Translations under genes and position numbers: made by a program
Notes under the pieces: generated by a model
Seen by the model: only the letters and a program-made list of their open reading frames with translations
The model's database searches: none
Told to the model about the DNA's origin: nothing
NCBI GenBank assembly: GCA_030390025.1
Contig: CM059432.1
Location: 124,002,001-124,066,000 of the forward strand
DNA length: 64,000 nucleotides
Reading direction: 5' to 3'
From: Squalus acanthias
Taxonomy: Eukaryota
Part shown: positions 63,573 through 64,000 of the stretch, piece by piece
Position numbering within the stretch: the stretch's first letter is position 1
Layout: every line of letters begins with the position of its first letter

Positions 63573-64000
63573 ATAGAAACATAGAAACATAGAAGATAGG
63601 AGCAGGAGCAGGCCATTCGGCCCCTCGAGCCTGCTCCGCCATTCAATGAGATCATGGCTGATCATCCAAATTCAGTACCCTGTCCTGCCTTCTCCCCATA
63701 TCCCTTAATCCCTTTAGCTTTAAGAAATATATCTAACTCCTTCTTGAATATATTTAATGAATTGGCCTCTACTGCCTTCTGTGGTAGAGAATTCCACAGG
63801 TTCACCACTCTCTGGGTGAAGAAATTCCTCCTCATCTCAGTCCTAAATGGCTTACCCCTTATCTTTAGACTGTGACCCCTGGTTCTGGACTCCCTCGCCA
63901 TCGGGAACAGCCTTCCTGCATCTGGTCTGTCTAGTCCTGTTAGAATTTTATAAGTTTCAATGAGATCCCCTCTCATTCTTCTAAACTCCAGCGAGTATAA
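63573..64000 (-). mobile_element. CR1 3' end (continues beyond window)
   Basis: MRGDLIETYKIL...RNFFTQRVVNLWNSLP; (atagaaac)n tail. Confidence 0.95.

Noticed and set aside
1..64000. CRISPR array, operons or other prokaryotic systems
   Set aside because: No regularly spaced repeat-spacer array or dense intact ORFs; the sequence is vertebrate repeat-rich DNA.

Overview
Eukaryotic (vertebrate) genomic DNA, almost certainly from a cartilaginous fish (shark), inferred from the repeat families present: an HE1-type V-SINE with a CR1 tail, abundant CR1 LINEs, L2 LINEs and Deu-domain SINEs. The window is intronic or intergenic and dominated by decayed, often nested transposable elements. These include five CR1 copies, three L2 fragments, a complete but frameshifted Ty3/Gypsy LTR retrotransposon plus a solo LTR, many PIF/Harbinger elements and MITEs, a Tc1/mariner-type MITE, several SINEs, and Penelope-like termini carrying hammerhead ribozyme motifs. 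No intact host gene is recognisable, only weak candidate exons. Highlights: (1) a single-ORF LINE whose 5' leader and first ~18 codons are the body of a SINE elsewhere in the window, which also carries the LINE's 3' tail; (2) a minimal hammerhead ribozyme with an intact core inside a TSD-flanked Penelope-like terminus, with truncated and degenerate relatives; (3) two DNA transposons inserted ~9 bp apart into one CR1, which also hosts a second CR1. Family names are from recall and need database confirmation.
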